Counted from the stretch's first letter, positions 31,557-40,501 are shown. The stretch is 64,000 bases of DNA from an uncultured cyanobacterium (GCA_963719515.1 CAVRCJ010000019.1:32001-96000); one strand, 5' to 3'. Made by a program: numbers and translations. The notes: generated by a model from the letters alone, not told the origin.

Positions 31557-32969
31557 CTATCGTAGCCTAGACTTCACCTTGATTTTCATTGAGGCCGGAG
31601 GCGCTAGCGTCAGGCCCCGTCGGGCCGGAGTCAGGGGGCGGGGGTGAGGGAGCATCAGCTCAAAATCCTGCAGCAGGGTCGCTACGCCCAGCTTGAGCTC
31701 CATCATGGCCAATGCAGAGCCAATGCAGCGCCGATGGCCGCCGCCAAAAGGAAGGTACTCGTGGGGGGCGTACTGGCGCTCTAAAAACCGCTCGGGTCGA
31801 AACTGCTTGGGTTCGGGATAGACGTCCGGGTTCTGATGAATGATGTAGGTTGCCGGCATCAGAGCGGTGCCGGCAGCGAAGGAATAGCCCGCCATCGTCA
31901 TGGGCTGGCGCAGCACCCGCACAAAGGTGGTGGGGGTGATGGGATAGATCCGCAGAGCTTCCTGGCAAACCGCCGTTAGGTAAGGCAGCTTGGCGATCGC
32001 CATCGGGTCAGGGTCGTCCAGCTCCGCCAATTCAGCCCGCAGCTTCTGCTGCACCTCGGGCAAGTAGTGAATCCAGTACAGCATCCAGACTAGGGCTGAC
32101 GCCGTCGTTTCGTGACCGGCCAGCAAAAGGGTGACTAGCTCATCGTGGAGTTCCTCATCGCTGAGGGCTTCTCCATTCTCATCTCTAGCCTGCAGCAGCA
32201 GGGTCAAGATATCATTCTTTTCGTCGGGGTTGACCCCTGACTGCAGGTATTGGCGGCGATCGCGAATTTCGGCGTAGAGCAGCTGTCTAATCCGCTCCCG
32301 CCGACGGACAAACTGCCCCCAAGGACTCTGGGCCCCCCAGTCTTTTTGCAGCCACGGGAAAAAGAGGAAGCTGGCGCTGATGGGCGCTGAAAAAGAATCG
32401 AGCATATCGCTCATGGACTGCTGAAGCTGGGTCAGCCGGTCCCCGTCATTGAGGCCAAAAATGGCTCTGAGAATGATGCCCAGGGTGAGCTTTTGCATAG
32501 GGCGGCGAGCCACAATCGACTGGCCCGGTGCCCAATCGGCGCTGACCTGACGGGTCACGTCGCAAATGAGCTGGGCATAGGCCCGCAGGCGATCGCCGTG
32601 GAAGGGGGGCATCAGCAGCTTGCGCTGGCGCTGGTGGTCCGCCTCGTCGAGGAGCAAAATGGAATGCTCGCCCACCAGCGTTTTCATGATCCCGTTGTTT
32701 TGCCCGGTGATCGCCGTTGTGGCGTCGAGCATAAAAATTTCCCGCACCACCTCGGGGTCCCCAACGTAGACCAGTGGCGGACTGCTGTCGCCCCCAATTT
32801 GAAACGTCGGCCCGTAGCGCCGGACGTTGTCGTCTAGGTATCCGGTCGGCTGCACAACCAGGCGGAGAATCCGCAGGAAGCGCTTTAGTCCTTTCGCCTT
32901 GGGGCCGTCAAGTTCTCGGGGCTCGGAAGGATGGGCTTGGGCAGTCGTGTCTACAAGCTTTGTCGTCAT
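31557..32969 (-). CDS. Cytochrome P450 (CYP110-like)
   Basis: AGHETT, EALR, PERF, FGGGHRRCIG. Confidence 0.93.
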   Translation of the reverse strand: MTTKLVDTTAQAHPSEPRELDGPKAKGLKRFLRILRLVVQPTGYLDDNVRRYGPTFQIGGDSSPPLVYVGDPEVVREIFMLDATTAITGQNNGIMKTLVGEHSILLLDEADHQRQRKLLMPPFHGDRLRAYAQLICDVTRQVSADWAPGQSIVARRPMQKLTLGIILRAIFGLNDGDRLTQLQQSMSDMLDSFSAPISASFLFFPWLQKDWGAQSPWGQFVRRRERIRQLLYAEIRDRRQYLQSGVNPDEKNDILTLLLQARDENGEALSDEELHDELVTLLLAGHETTASALVWMLYWIHYLPEVQQKLRAELAELDDPDPMAIAKLPYLTAVCQEALRIYPITPTTFVRVLRQPMTMAGYSFAAGTALMPATYIIHQNPDVYPEPKQFRPERFLERQYAPHEYLPFGGGHRRCIGSALAMMELKLGVATLLQDFELMLPHPRPLTPARRGLTLAPPASMKIKVKSRLR

Positions 32970-33021
32970 GGGTGGCAGTCTGCGGGGGGTGAACTGGGGT
33001 TAAGTGAGATCTTGATGCGGA

Positions 33022-33624
33022 TTATCGCCGCTGGACCGGAATCTGAATATCGCTGCGCTTCATGGGGTCGGGGATGTAGGGGCCGTCGTAGAAAAACCGG
33101 CGGGGTGGCCCGCTCACGACATAGTCGGGGTGAGCCGATAGCCACGCCTGGAGTTGCTGAACGCCGTCGGTGTAATGCTCGAAGCCATAGCCGCCTCTGA
33201 TACCCAGGCTGACAACGGTCATCGGCGGGATATCTTCAACTTGGATATTGGAGGCCACCTCTCGCGGGACGATGTCGGGGCTGCGGTAGAGAAAAGACAC
33301 GGCGGCTTCCCCTTCGGAAGCGGGACCGCCCTGCGCCGTGGCCGTGGGGTAGCGGGTTTCTACGGGAGCGGTCATGGAAATGTCGTTGCTGCTGATGTGG
33401 CGAAAGAGGGGAGAGAAGCCGCGAGAGGAGGCCTCCGCCAAGCTGCCCGTTACCTGAACGGTGGCGGCCCGGTAGTCTGGGTACTGCTTGATTTCGATTT
33501 CGCCGTTTGCGGTGGGCGGCGGGAAGCCGTCGGGCAGAGGCGCAGAGGCGGCGTTGTAGGCCCCAAACAAAAGCGCCCCAACCCCAATAACCCCAACAAT
33601 GAGTAAAACCTGGCTGAGTTTCAT
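33022..33624 (-). CDS. SOUL heme-binding family protein
   Basis: EIKQYP, FSPLFRHI, ISMTAPV motifs after an N-terminal TM/signal. Confidence 0.8.
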   Translation of the reverse strand: MKLSQVLLIVGVIGVGALLFGAYNAASAPLPDGFPPPTANGEIEIKQYPDYRAATVQVTGSLAEASSRGFSPLFRHISSNDISMTAPVETRYPTATAQGGPASEGEAAVSFLYRSPDIVPREVASNIQVEDIPPMTVVSLGIRGGYGFEHYTDGVQQLQAWLSAHPDYVVSGPPRRFFYDGPYIPDPMKRSDIQIPVQRR

Positions 33625-33828
33625 TTGAGAGCCCGTCGCTGAATCACTCGTTTTAGTCTAACGATCTCAGTGGGGAGACGACTGGAAGCGCGAGCTGGTG
33701 GCCGCGATCGCCGGGGGCAAGCTGCCTTAATATCAATTCCCTGAAACAATTCCCTGGAAAGTCAGCTCTAAATTCAGCGTCAGCCCAGCGCAAACTGTTA
33801 CCGAAACAATTCTCATCAACTGCCTCTG

Positions 33829-33986
33829 TTCAGGTCGCGGGCTATTGAAGAGAATAGGAAGTAATTGAGCTGCACCCTATGGGACTAGGGCGATCGCAAG
33901 TCGTGCGGCGAATCTAGTTTCCGGATGCAGCGAACTTTAGCTCGAATGATTGGTAACAAATAGCGCCTCTAAATGAGACCCATGAG
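33829..33986 (+). ncRNA. ssrS: Probable 6S RNA
   Basis: Rod-like fold: GGTC/GACC and GCTATT/AATAGC closing stems, purine-rich central bubble, GCTGCA/TGCAGC and ACTAG/CTAGT inner stems; ~160 nt; ends approximate. Confidence 0.55.
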
Positions 33987-34037
33987 TCCCTTGCATCGGT
34001 TCCATCGACGGCGACGATTGTTGTCAATCCTAGGGAT

Positions 34038-34058
34038 TTCTATAATTAAGTTATAGAA
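34038..34058. promoter_or_regulatory. Inverted repeat overlapping a TATAAT box
   Basis: TTCTATAA-TTAAG-TTATAGAA. Confidence 0.45.
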
Positions 34059-34167
34059 GCAAAGTTAAAAAAAAATGAGGTTGCCTTGGCCCGCAGCTCC
34101 ACAACATTTGATTTAAGAAAAAGCTCTGACTTGGAAAATCAGAGACGCTTCAGCAAAGGAGAACAGT

Positions 34168-34371
34168 ATGTTCTGGCTTTCTACATTGAGCAATGCCCCC
34201 CAGCTAGACGCGATCGCCGCCAATTCTCGCCCCTGGGCTATCCTAAGGCGGTTTTGGAAGTTTAGCGATCGCTACGGCGAGTACCAGTCGCGACCGCCCA
34301 GCCTGCGCCGGCAGTTCATCATAGAGATGGAGCAGGGCGAACAGAAAGATTGTGGCTCCGAGTCTTGCTAG
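34168..34371 (+). CDS. Possible small protein
   Basis: AGGAG RBS before ATG, downstream of TATAAT; no recognisable motif. Confidence 0.3.
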   Translation: MFWLSTLSNAPQLDAIAANSRPWAILRRFWKFSDRYGEYQSRPPSLRRQFIIEMEQGEQKDCGSESC

Positions 34372-34535
34372 CTAGAGCTTCTCTATATAAGACTCTTGAA
34401 CAAGGCTCGAAGCGCGACGTGGCGCTGCTAGATTTTGGGCATTCATTTCGTAAAGGCACTATGCCCCTACCCCCTGGCTTTGGACTGAGTCCAAAGCAGC
34501 AAATTTGTGCCTTAAACCGTCAGCGCCGACAGGCT

Positions 34536-36101
34536 TTACTCAGCGGGGCTAGCCGCAAGTTGGTCTTCGTAGGTCGGCATTTGGCCCGACGTTAGCCGCT
34601 GCCAGTAGTCTTTCAAATCTCCAGCCAGCTCATTCGAGAGAATGTAGCAGCCAACTAGGTTGGGAAACGCCATTCCCAGCAGCGTCAAGTCACTGAAGTC
34701 GATAATTACGCCGAGGCTGGTTAGCGTGCCTAAGAAAGTGAACACGACATAGATAGCTTTAAACAGCAGCGTAGTGCGACTGCCAAACAAATAGGTCCAG
34801 GCCTGAAGGCCGTAATAGCTCCAGGAGATGACCGTGGAAAAGGCGAATAGGCACACGGCAAGGCTCAAAACAACCGGGAACCAGCCGATTACGGAGCCGA
34901 AAGCGTTTGCGGTCATGGCGACCCCGCTTAGCTCGTCGCCGACGTCCTGGTAAACCCCCGTGATTACGATGGCGAGCGCCGTCATGTTACAGATCACGAT
35001 GGTGTCGATGAACGGCTCCAGCAAAGACACCATGCCCTCTCGGATGGGCTCCTTGGTGCGGGCCGCTGAATGGGCGATCGCGGCTGAGCCGACCCCTGCT
35101 TCATTAGAGAAAGAGCTCCGCCGAATCCCCTGAACAATGACGCCGACAATGCCGCCTGCCACGGCGGTGGGGGCGAACGCCTGACTGATAATCGTGCCGA
35201 CGGCTGCGGGGACTTCGCCGATGTTCACCACAATGATGAACAGGCAGGCCAAGATGTAGATCAAAGCCATGGCGGGCACCAGCTTCTCAGCCACGGCCCC
35301 GATGCGTTGAATGCCGCCAATGATCACAACCCCAACCAGCGTTGCGAACACGAGCCCAAACAGCCACGCCGGCAGCCCAGGAATCAGCCCGTTGATGGCG
35401 GCGAAAGCCTGGTTTGACTGAAACATATTGGCCCCGCCCAAGCTGCCGCAGATGCAGAGGATGCAAAACAAAACCGCTAGCCCCTGGCCGAGGGGACGCA
35501 TTCCCTTGGGGGACAAGCCGCGAGTTAAGTAGTACATGGGGCCGCCCAGCACGGTGCCATCGTCTAGGATGCGGCGATACTTGACTGCCAAAGAGCATTC
35601 CACAAACTTGGTGACCATGCCAAAGAAAGCGGCCAGGGTCAGCCAAACCATGGCCCCCGGCCCCCCCAGCTGAATGGCCACCGCCACGCCGGCAATGTTG
35701 CCGAGGCCCACGGTGCCGGAAACGGCGGTCGCTAAAGCCTGGAAGTGGGAGACTTCGCCCTCGTCGTCGGGGTCGTCAAACTTGCCTCGAACGATGTCAA
35801 TCGCATGTTTGAAGCCCCGCAGGTTGATGAACTGCAGCCGCAGGGTGTAGAAAATTGCGGCGACGAACAGCCACAGCACGATAAAGGGAAAGCCGTTTTC
35901 TCCGCCAATTTTGAAGAAGAGCAGGGCGGAGAGCACCTTGACGATGGGCTCAAAAATCAGGTCTATGCCCGTTGTTGTGCTGTCCTGCGCGATCGCAGGG
36001 CGGGCTATTGAGAATAGTAATAGGGCCGTTATGCCAGCCATCAGCCAGGCGCTTGTGGGCCTAAAGCCTGATGAGGATTTGGGGGGTGGAGATTTTATCA
36101 T
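34536..36101 (-). CDS. Alanine/glycine:cation symporter (AGCS family)
   Basis: GTVGLGNIAGVA, GGPGA, GGPMYYL, FSNEAGVGSA. Confidence 0.93.
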   Translation of the reverse strand: MIKSPPPKSSSGFRPTSAWLMAGITALLLFSIARPAIAQDSTTTGIDLIFEPIVKVLSALLFFKIGGENGFPFIVLWLFVAAIFYTLRLQFINLRGFKHAIDIVRGKFDDPDDEGEVSHFQALATAVSGTVGLGNIAGVAVAIQLGGPGAMVWLTLAAFFGMVTKFVECSLAVKYRRILDDGTVLGGPMYYLTRGLSPKGMRPLGQGLAVLFCILCICGSLGGANMFQSNQAFAAINGLIPGLPAWLFGLVFATLVGVVIIGGIQRIGAVAEKLVPAMALIYILACLFIIVVNIGEVPAAVGTIISQAFAPTAVAGGIVGVIVQGIRRSSFSNEAGVGSAAIAHSAARTKEPIREGMVSLLEPFIDTIVICNMTALAIVITGVYQDVGDELSGVAMTANAFGSVIGWFPVVLSLAVCLFAFSTVISWSYYGLQAWTYLFGSRTTLLFKAIYVVFTFLGTLTSLGVIIDFSDLTLLGMAFPNLVGCYILSNELAGDLKDYWQRLTSGQMPTYEDQLAASPAE

Positions 36102-36427
36102 TGGAAAGCGAATATATTTTCTTACTCAATCAAACAGTCGAATAGTGATGACTATATTTGATTGTTGTAAAGAAATACCCTTTTCTGGGTGTTGTCGCTG
36201 TTACATTCGACACGGCAGCGGTTTTTTGTGCTAGCGATCGCCGTCGCTCAGCCATGGGGCGATCGCGGGCGGCGGCATTCGGTTCAATGTGGCCACAGCG
36301 CCTCGCTCAGCCGTGTCGTATTGGACTCGGTGGCCTGGAAGCTGCCCTTCGGCATTTTCGGTGCCTGTGGCTGAGCTATCTGAGGCGCAGGGTTTTTAGG
36401 TAAGCGCTTTTCTCTGAGTGCCCTGGG

Positions 36428-36616
36428 CTTGGTGGTGCAGAAATCTCGGCCAGAGAATATTGATTCTCATAGAAAGGCTGGAAAAGCTCAGATACGTACT
36501 CTCAAACCACGCAAATACGTGGGGAATTGCCTCAATTTGCCCTGAACTGCGGAAATTGTCGTTTTCGGCGAAATCCTTTAGTACCAATGCTTTCAGGAGT
36601 TCTCTGCACCACTAAG
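36428..36616. mobile_element. 189-bp MITE with terminal inverted repeats and 10-bp TSD
   Basis: TIR CTT(G/A)GTGGTGCAGA; GTGCCCTGGG duplicated at 36418-36427 and 36617-36626. Confidence 0.85.
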
Positions 36617-36669
36617 GTGCCCTGGGTTACCTTGTAGGAGGATTTGTTTACCGCCAGAGCTAGCTTCGC

Positions 36670-39234
36670 ATGAGCCGCGATGCCCTCATTGTTGGGATTA
36701 GTCAATACGAGAATCTTGAGAATCTGGGAGCCTCAGCGCGGGATGCGGAGGCGATCGCCCAGCGCCTGCACGAGCACGGTAACTTCCGCGTCAGGCGATT
36801 GCCTGAGTACGAGGATGCAGAGGGCAATCCGAAAGTGGGAAAGCGTACTCCCGTCACGCTCAGTGACCTCAAAGCCGCCATCATTCATCTTTTTACCCCC
36901 GATGGTGACAACGTTCCAGAGGCGGCGCTGCTCTACTTTTCAGGCCATGGCCTACGGGATGACGATGGAAGCGGCTATTTGGCCGCTAGCGATGTTGACA
37001 CAGCCCAAGGGATCTTTGGCTTCTCGCTGCAGGATCTGAGGCAGCTGCTGGAAGATAGCCCCGTTAAGCAGCAGATTGTGTGGCTAGACTGTTGCCACGG
37101 CGGGACGCTGCTGGACTTTACAGCAGTAGACCCCGGAACAAAAGGCGGGCGCGATCGCTGTCTGATCACGGCGTCTCGGGAGTTTGAACCCGCATTTGTT
37201 GACCGTCGAACTGACTCCAGCGTCCTGACCGCTGCGCTATTGGAAGGACTGGACCCGACAAAGAAGCCTACTGGGTCTGTCTATGCGACGGAGTTGGTGA
37301 GCTATGTGCAGGAAAAGCTAAAAAAGGCCCCTCAGGTTCCTTTAGCCTGGACAGGCCCTGACCGCATTCTGCTGACAGAGACGGACAACCCGGTGCCGCA
37401 AACGGCGAGCCCACAAAATATCCCTCGCAGCGGAGCCGTCAAGTTTGTCGGTCGGGATGCCGTGCTGCAGGATCTCCATGCCCAGCTTCAGGGCGAGCAG
37501 CCCGTGGCGGTGACGGCGGTGGCGGGGATGGGGGGCATTGGCAAGACGGAGCTGGCGATTCGCTATGCGCTGGGCTATTGGCAGGCGCACTACCCGGCGG
37601 GGGTGTGCTGGCTGCGGTGCCGGGGAGCAGAGATGGCCTCGCAGGTGGTGAAGTTTGCCGCGGTGGAGATGGGGCTGGTGGTGCCGGACGGGCTGACGAC
37701 GGAGCAGCAGGTGCGGTGGTGCTGGCGGAACTGGCAACCGGCGGCGGGGGCGGTGCTGGTGGTGCTGGATGATGTGACCGACTACGGGGCGATCGCGGAC
37801 TATTTGCCGCCGGTAGACCTGCGGTTTCGGGTGCTGATGACGACGCGATCGCAGAACTTGGGGGCGTCGGTGCGGACGGTACCGCTAGATTTGCTTTCAC
37901 CGGAGGCGGCGCTGGAGCTGCTGACCGAGCTAGAAGGCGCGGGGCGGGTGATGGCTGACCGGGTGACGGCAGAAGAGCTGTGCGATCGCTTGGGGCATTT
38001 GCCGCTGGGGGTGGAGCTGGCGGGGCGGTATCTGCAGCAAAAGCGGGATCTGCCGCTGGAGAAAATGCTGGCGCGGCTGGAGCAGAAGGGGCTGGGGCAT
38101 CGGTCGCTAGCGGAGCGATCGCCCGATATGACGGGGAGGCTGGGGGTGGAGGCGGCGATCGCCCTGAGCTGGGAGGAGCTGCAGCGAGAGGAGACACGGC
38201 GGCTGGCCTATTTGCTGAGCCTGTTTGCCCTGGCTCCGATTCCTTGGCGGCTGGTGGCGGGGTGCTTGCCGGATGAGGACGAGGAGGAGCTGGAGGACGC
38301 GCGGGACCGGCTAGTGAATTTGAGCCTGGTGCGGCGGGTGGATGAGGGGGTGTATCAGCTGCATCAGCTCGTGCGGGAGTATGTGGGGGTTAGGCTGGAA
38401 GATTCGGCGGCGGCGGATGGCCTGAAGCGGGCCTACTGTCGGGGGATGGTGGCGGTGGCGCGGCAGGTGCCGCAGTCGCTAACGATAGAGCAGGTGGCGA
38501 CGCTGGCACCTGCTGTTCCCCACATGCAGGAAGCAACAACGTCATCACTTCTGAACTGGGTTGAAGATGACGATTTGCTTTCGTCTTTTGTGGGTGTTGC
38601 ACGGTTTTATGAGGGGCAAGGGCTATATGGGCAGGCTCTGCCGTGGTGCGACGCTTGCTTAAAGCTCTCGACCGAACGCTTGGGCGAGGAGCATCCAGAT
38701 GTTGCCAGCAGCCTCAACAACTTGGCAGAGCTCTATCGTTCTCAAGGGCGATACACAGAAGCAGAGCCACTGTATGTCCAGGCCTTAGCGCTATACCGCC
38801 GCATCTTGGGCGAGGAGCATCCAGATGTTGCCACCAGCCTCAACAACTTGGCAGTCCTTTACGATTCCCAAGGGCGCTACGCAGAAGCAGAGCCGCTGTT
38901 TGTCCAGGCCTTAGCGCTATACCGCCGTATCTTGGGCGAGGGGCATCCAGATGTTGCCACCAGCCTCAACAACTTGGCAGAACTATATCGTTCTCAAGGG
39001 CGCTACGCAGAAGCAGAACCGCTGTATATTCAAGCCATCGCGATCGCCACAAAGCGTCTCGGGCCAGAGCACCCCAATACTCGAACCTTCATCGAGAATT
39101 TTGTTGTCTTGCTAAAAAAAGCGATCGCCCACAACCAAACCGACCGATTCTCGGATCACCCTTTGACGCAGAACTTGTTGGAGCAAGCACGGACGCAGCT
39201 ACAGATAGAAGAACTTCAAAGACAAGGCTTCTAA
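36670..39234 (+). CDS. Caspase (C14)-NB-ARC/STAND-TPR protein
   Basis: YFSGHG and LDCCHGG dyad motifs, Walker A GMGGIGKT, Walker B VLDD, LGHLPLGV, 42-aa TPRs. Confidence 0.9.
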   Translation: MSRDALIVGISQYENLENLGASARDAEAIAQRLHEHGNFRVRRLPEYEDAEGNPKVGKRTPVTLSDLKAAIIHLFTPDGDNVPEAALLYFSGHGLRDDDGSGYLAASDVDTAQGIFGFSLQDLRQLLEDSPVKQQIVWLDCCHGGTLLDFTAVDPGTKGGRDRCLITASREFEPAFVDRRTDSSVLTAALLEGLDPTKKPTGSVYATELVSYVQEKLKKAPQVPLAWTGPDRILLTETDNPVPQTASPQNIPRSGAVKFVGRDAVLQDLHAQLQGEQPVAVTAVAGMGGIGKTELAIRYALGYWQAHYPAGVCWLRCRGAEMASQVVKFAAVEMGLVVPDGLTTEQQVRWCWRNWQPAAGAVLVVLDDVTDYGAIADYLPPVDLRFRVLMTTRSQNLGASVRTVPLDLLSPEAALELLTELEGAGRVMADRVTAEELCDRLGHLPLGVELAGRYLQQKRDLPLEKMLARLEQKGLGHRSLAERSPDMTGRLGVEAAIALSWEELQREETRRLAYLLSLFALAPIPWRLVAGCLPDEDEEELEDARDRLVNLSLVRRVDEGVYQLHQLVREYVGVRLEDSAAADGLKRAYCRGMVAVARQVPQSLTIEQVATLAPAVPHMQEATTSSLLNWVEDDDLLSSFVGVARFYEGQGLYGQALPWCDACLKLSTERLGEEHPDVASSLNNLAELYRSQGRYTEAEPLYVQALALYRRILGEEHPDVATSLNNLAVLYDSQGRYAEAEPLFVQALALYRRILGEGHPDVATSLNNLAELYRSQGRYAEAEPLYIQAIAIATKRLGPEHPNTRTFIENFVVLLKKAIAHNQTDRFSDHPLTQNLLEQARTQLQIEELQRQGF
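38679..39056 (+). repeat. Three near-identical 126-bp TPR-coding units
   Basis: CTTGGGCGAG(G)..CATCCAGATGTTGCC recurs at 38679, 38805, 38931. Confidence 0.9.
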
Positions 39235-39251
39235 CCCCGCCGTATCGATAC

Positions 39252-39350
39252 CTCAAAAAAAGCGATCGCCCAAAACCAAACCGATCAGCTCTCCGACCAT
39301 CCCCTAACCCAGCACCATTTAGAGCAAATCCGCAACGAAGCCGCCGATTA
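39252..39350 (+). pseudogene. Orphan paralogous C-terminal tail of the caspase-STAND-TPR gene
   Basis: LKKAIAQNQTDQLSDHPLTQHHLEQIRNEAAD* versus LKKAIAHNQTDRFSDHPLTQNLLEQAR in the gene. Confidence 0.75.
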
Positions 39351-39368
39351 GAAACAGTACTCACAGCT

Positions 39369-39452
39369 CTACTCCATTAGCTTTTTTATGACAGTTTCCA
39401 ACCCCGGTACGTCAGTCTCCACAGCATCCCAAATCCGATCCGAGTCGATGCC
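39369..39452 (-). pseudogene. C-terminal remnant of a DUF86/HepT HEPN toxin
   Basis: GIDSDRIWDAVETDVPGLETVIKKLME* directly after the MNT gene. Confidence 0.7.
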
Positions 39453-39471
39453 GCTGTGATAACACCGCCTA

Positions 39472-39765
39472 TCACAGCGGCTTTGCCTCAGACAAAACCC
39501 GCTCCCTAATCCTTGGGCTGATTCCCCGCTCGGTCAAAATGTCCACCTTCCGCCCTAGTAGATCCTGTAAATCCACCAATAGGCCACCAGGGAACCAAGG
39601 CGTAATGCGCTCTAGATCGTAATCAATTAAAAAGTCAACATCGCTCTCTAGGGTTTCCTCTTCCCGCGCCACCGACCCAAATATCCGCACATTAAACGCA
39701 CCGTGCCGCGCTGCAACCCGTAGGATCTCTTCCCTATTTTCTTGAAGCGTCTTTAATAGCGTCAT
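39472..39765 (-). CDS. Minimal nucleotidyltransferase (MntA-like antitoxin)
   Basis: IFGSVAR..SDVDFL, LLGRKVD. Confidence 0.9.
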   Translation of the reverse strand: MTLLKTLQENREEILRVAARHGAFNVRIFGSVAREEETLESDVDFLIDYDLERITPWFPGGLLVDLQDLLGRKVDILTERGISPRIRERVLSEAKPL

Positions 39766-39948
39766 CGGGCCTATTCTCCCTTGGCCTACAGGTCAACAGC
39801 AGTGGTTTATCCCAGCACCACAAGTCTATCCTTAGCTTACGCCACAGCCTATTGGGTCTATGCCCTTAGCATTTCGCGAGACCAGGATATTCCCAGGATT
39901 TTTCCAGAGCCCTGGCTTCTGATTCACCAAAAAAATCCTACACAACCC

Positions 39949-39977
39949 TTGCCCTTCATCGCCCAAAGCGCTACACT
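39949..39977 (+). promoter_or_regulatory. Sigma70-type promoter
   Basis: TTGCCC-17 bp-TACACT. Confidence 0.55.
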
Positions 39978-39983
39978 CATACG

Positions 39984-40206
39984 CTAGAAGCTGTGACCCG
40001 ATGCAGCTTGCTGACCCCAAAAATTTGGTCTAACGGCCGCGATCGCCATCGCGAGTGACGATCGCGGCCTGACCCTTGGACAGATCAGAGCTGTCTTCGA
40101 GCTGCACTCATTGTATTTCAATGGTTGCAGCCATCCCAGACACGCCCAAAACCAGGGATCGACCTGATTTTTGGGTTTTCTTACCTACTTAAACCGAGAA
40201 AACCCA
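39984..40206 (+). ncRNA. Candidate structured leader or ncRNA
   Basis: About six consecutive stems; the last (TGGGTTTTCT/AGAAAACCCA) includes the A of the ATG. Confidence 0.5.
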
Positions 40207-40490
40207 TGACATTTTTATACCCAGAGCTGCCCGCACCCACCGAGGCCGCACCCACCGTGCTGACCACCCCCGACCCCGGTCCCAGCGGCGAAGTCATCCG
40301 CCACATCCTCATCGGCTCCCCCGAGGGTGTCCGCGAAACCATCTACCGGCTGCACCTGCGCCGCTACGTGGAGCAGGCCATGTGGACCGGCCCCATTGAG
40401 ATTGGTCCCAGCGGCGTCCACATCACCCAAAGTCAGGGGCAGGTGTTGTTTTACCTAATGCGGCTGCGCTCCCTCGACGTAGTGAGCTAG
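40206..40490 (+). CDS. Small cyanobacterial hypothetical protein (94 aa)
   Basis: RHILIGSPEGVRETIYRLHLRRY..W motif resembles a cyanobacterial family (from recall). Confidence 0.7.
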   Translation: MTFLYPELPAPTEAAPTVLTTPDPGPSGEVIRHILIGSPEGVRETIYRLHLRRYVEQAMWTGPIEIGPSGVHITQSQGQVLFYLMRLRSLDVVS

Positions 40491-40501
40491 CGGCGCTCAC
40501 G

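Noticed and set aside
36191..36204. NtcA box upstream of the symporter
   Set aside because: Only an imperfect GTA-N8-AAC, without a convincing -10 box at the expected distance
36102..36420. Glycine riboswitch upstream of the alanine/glycine symporter
   Set aside because: Only a GCCGAAG fragment is present; the conserved GGAGA and CUCUCAGG elements were not found in the right arrangement
39112..39350. Diversity-generating retroelement VR/TR pair
   Set aside because: The differences are not adenine-specific, many are synonymous, and no reverse transcriptase is present in the window
38643..39380. 245-aa Cys-rich repetitive ORF overlapping the TPR region
   Set aside because: Alternative-frame translation of the 126-bp TPR repeats
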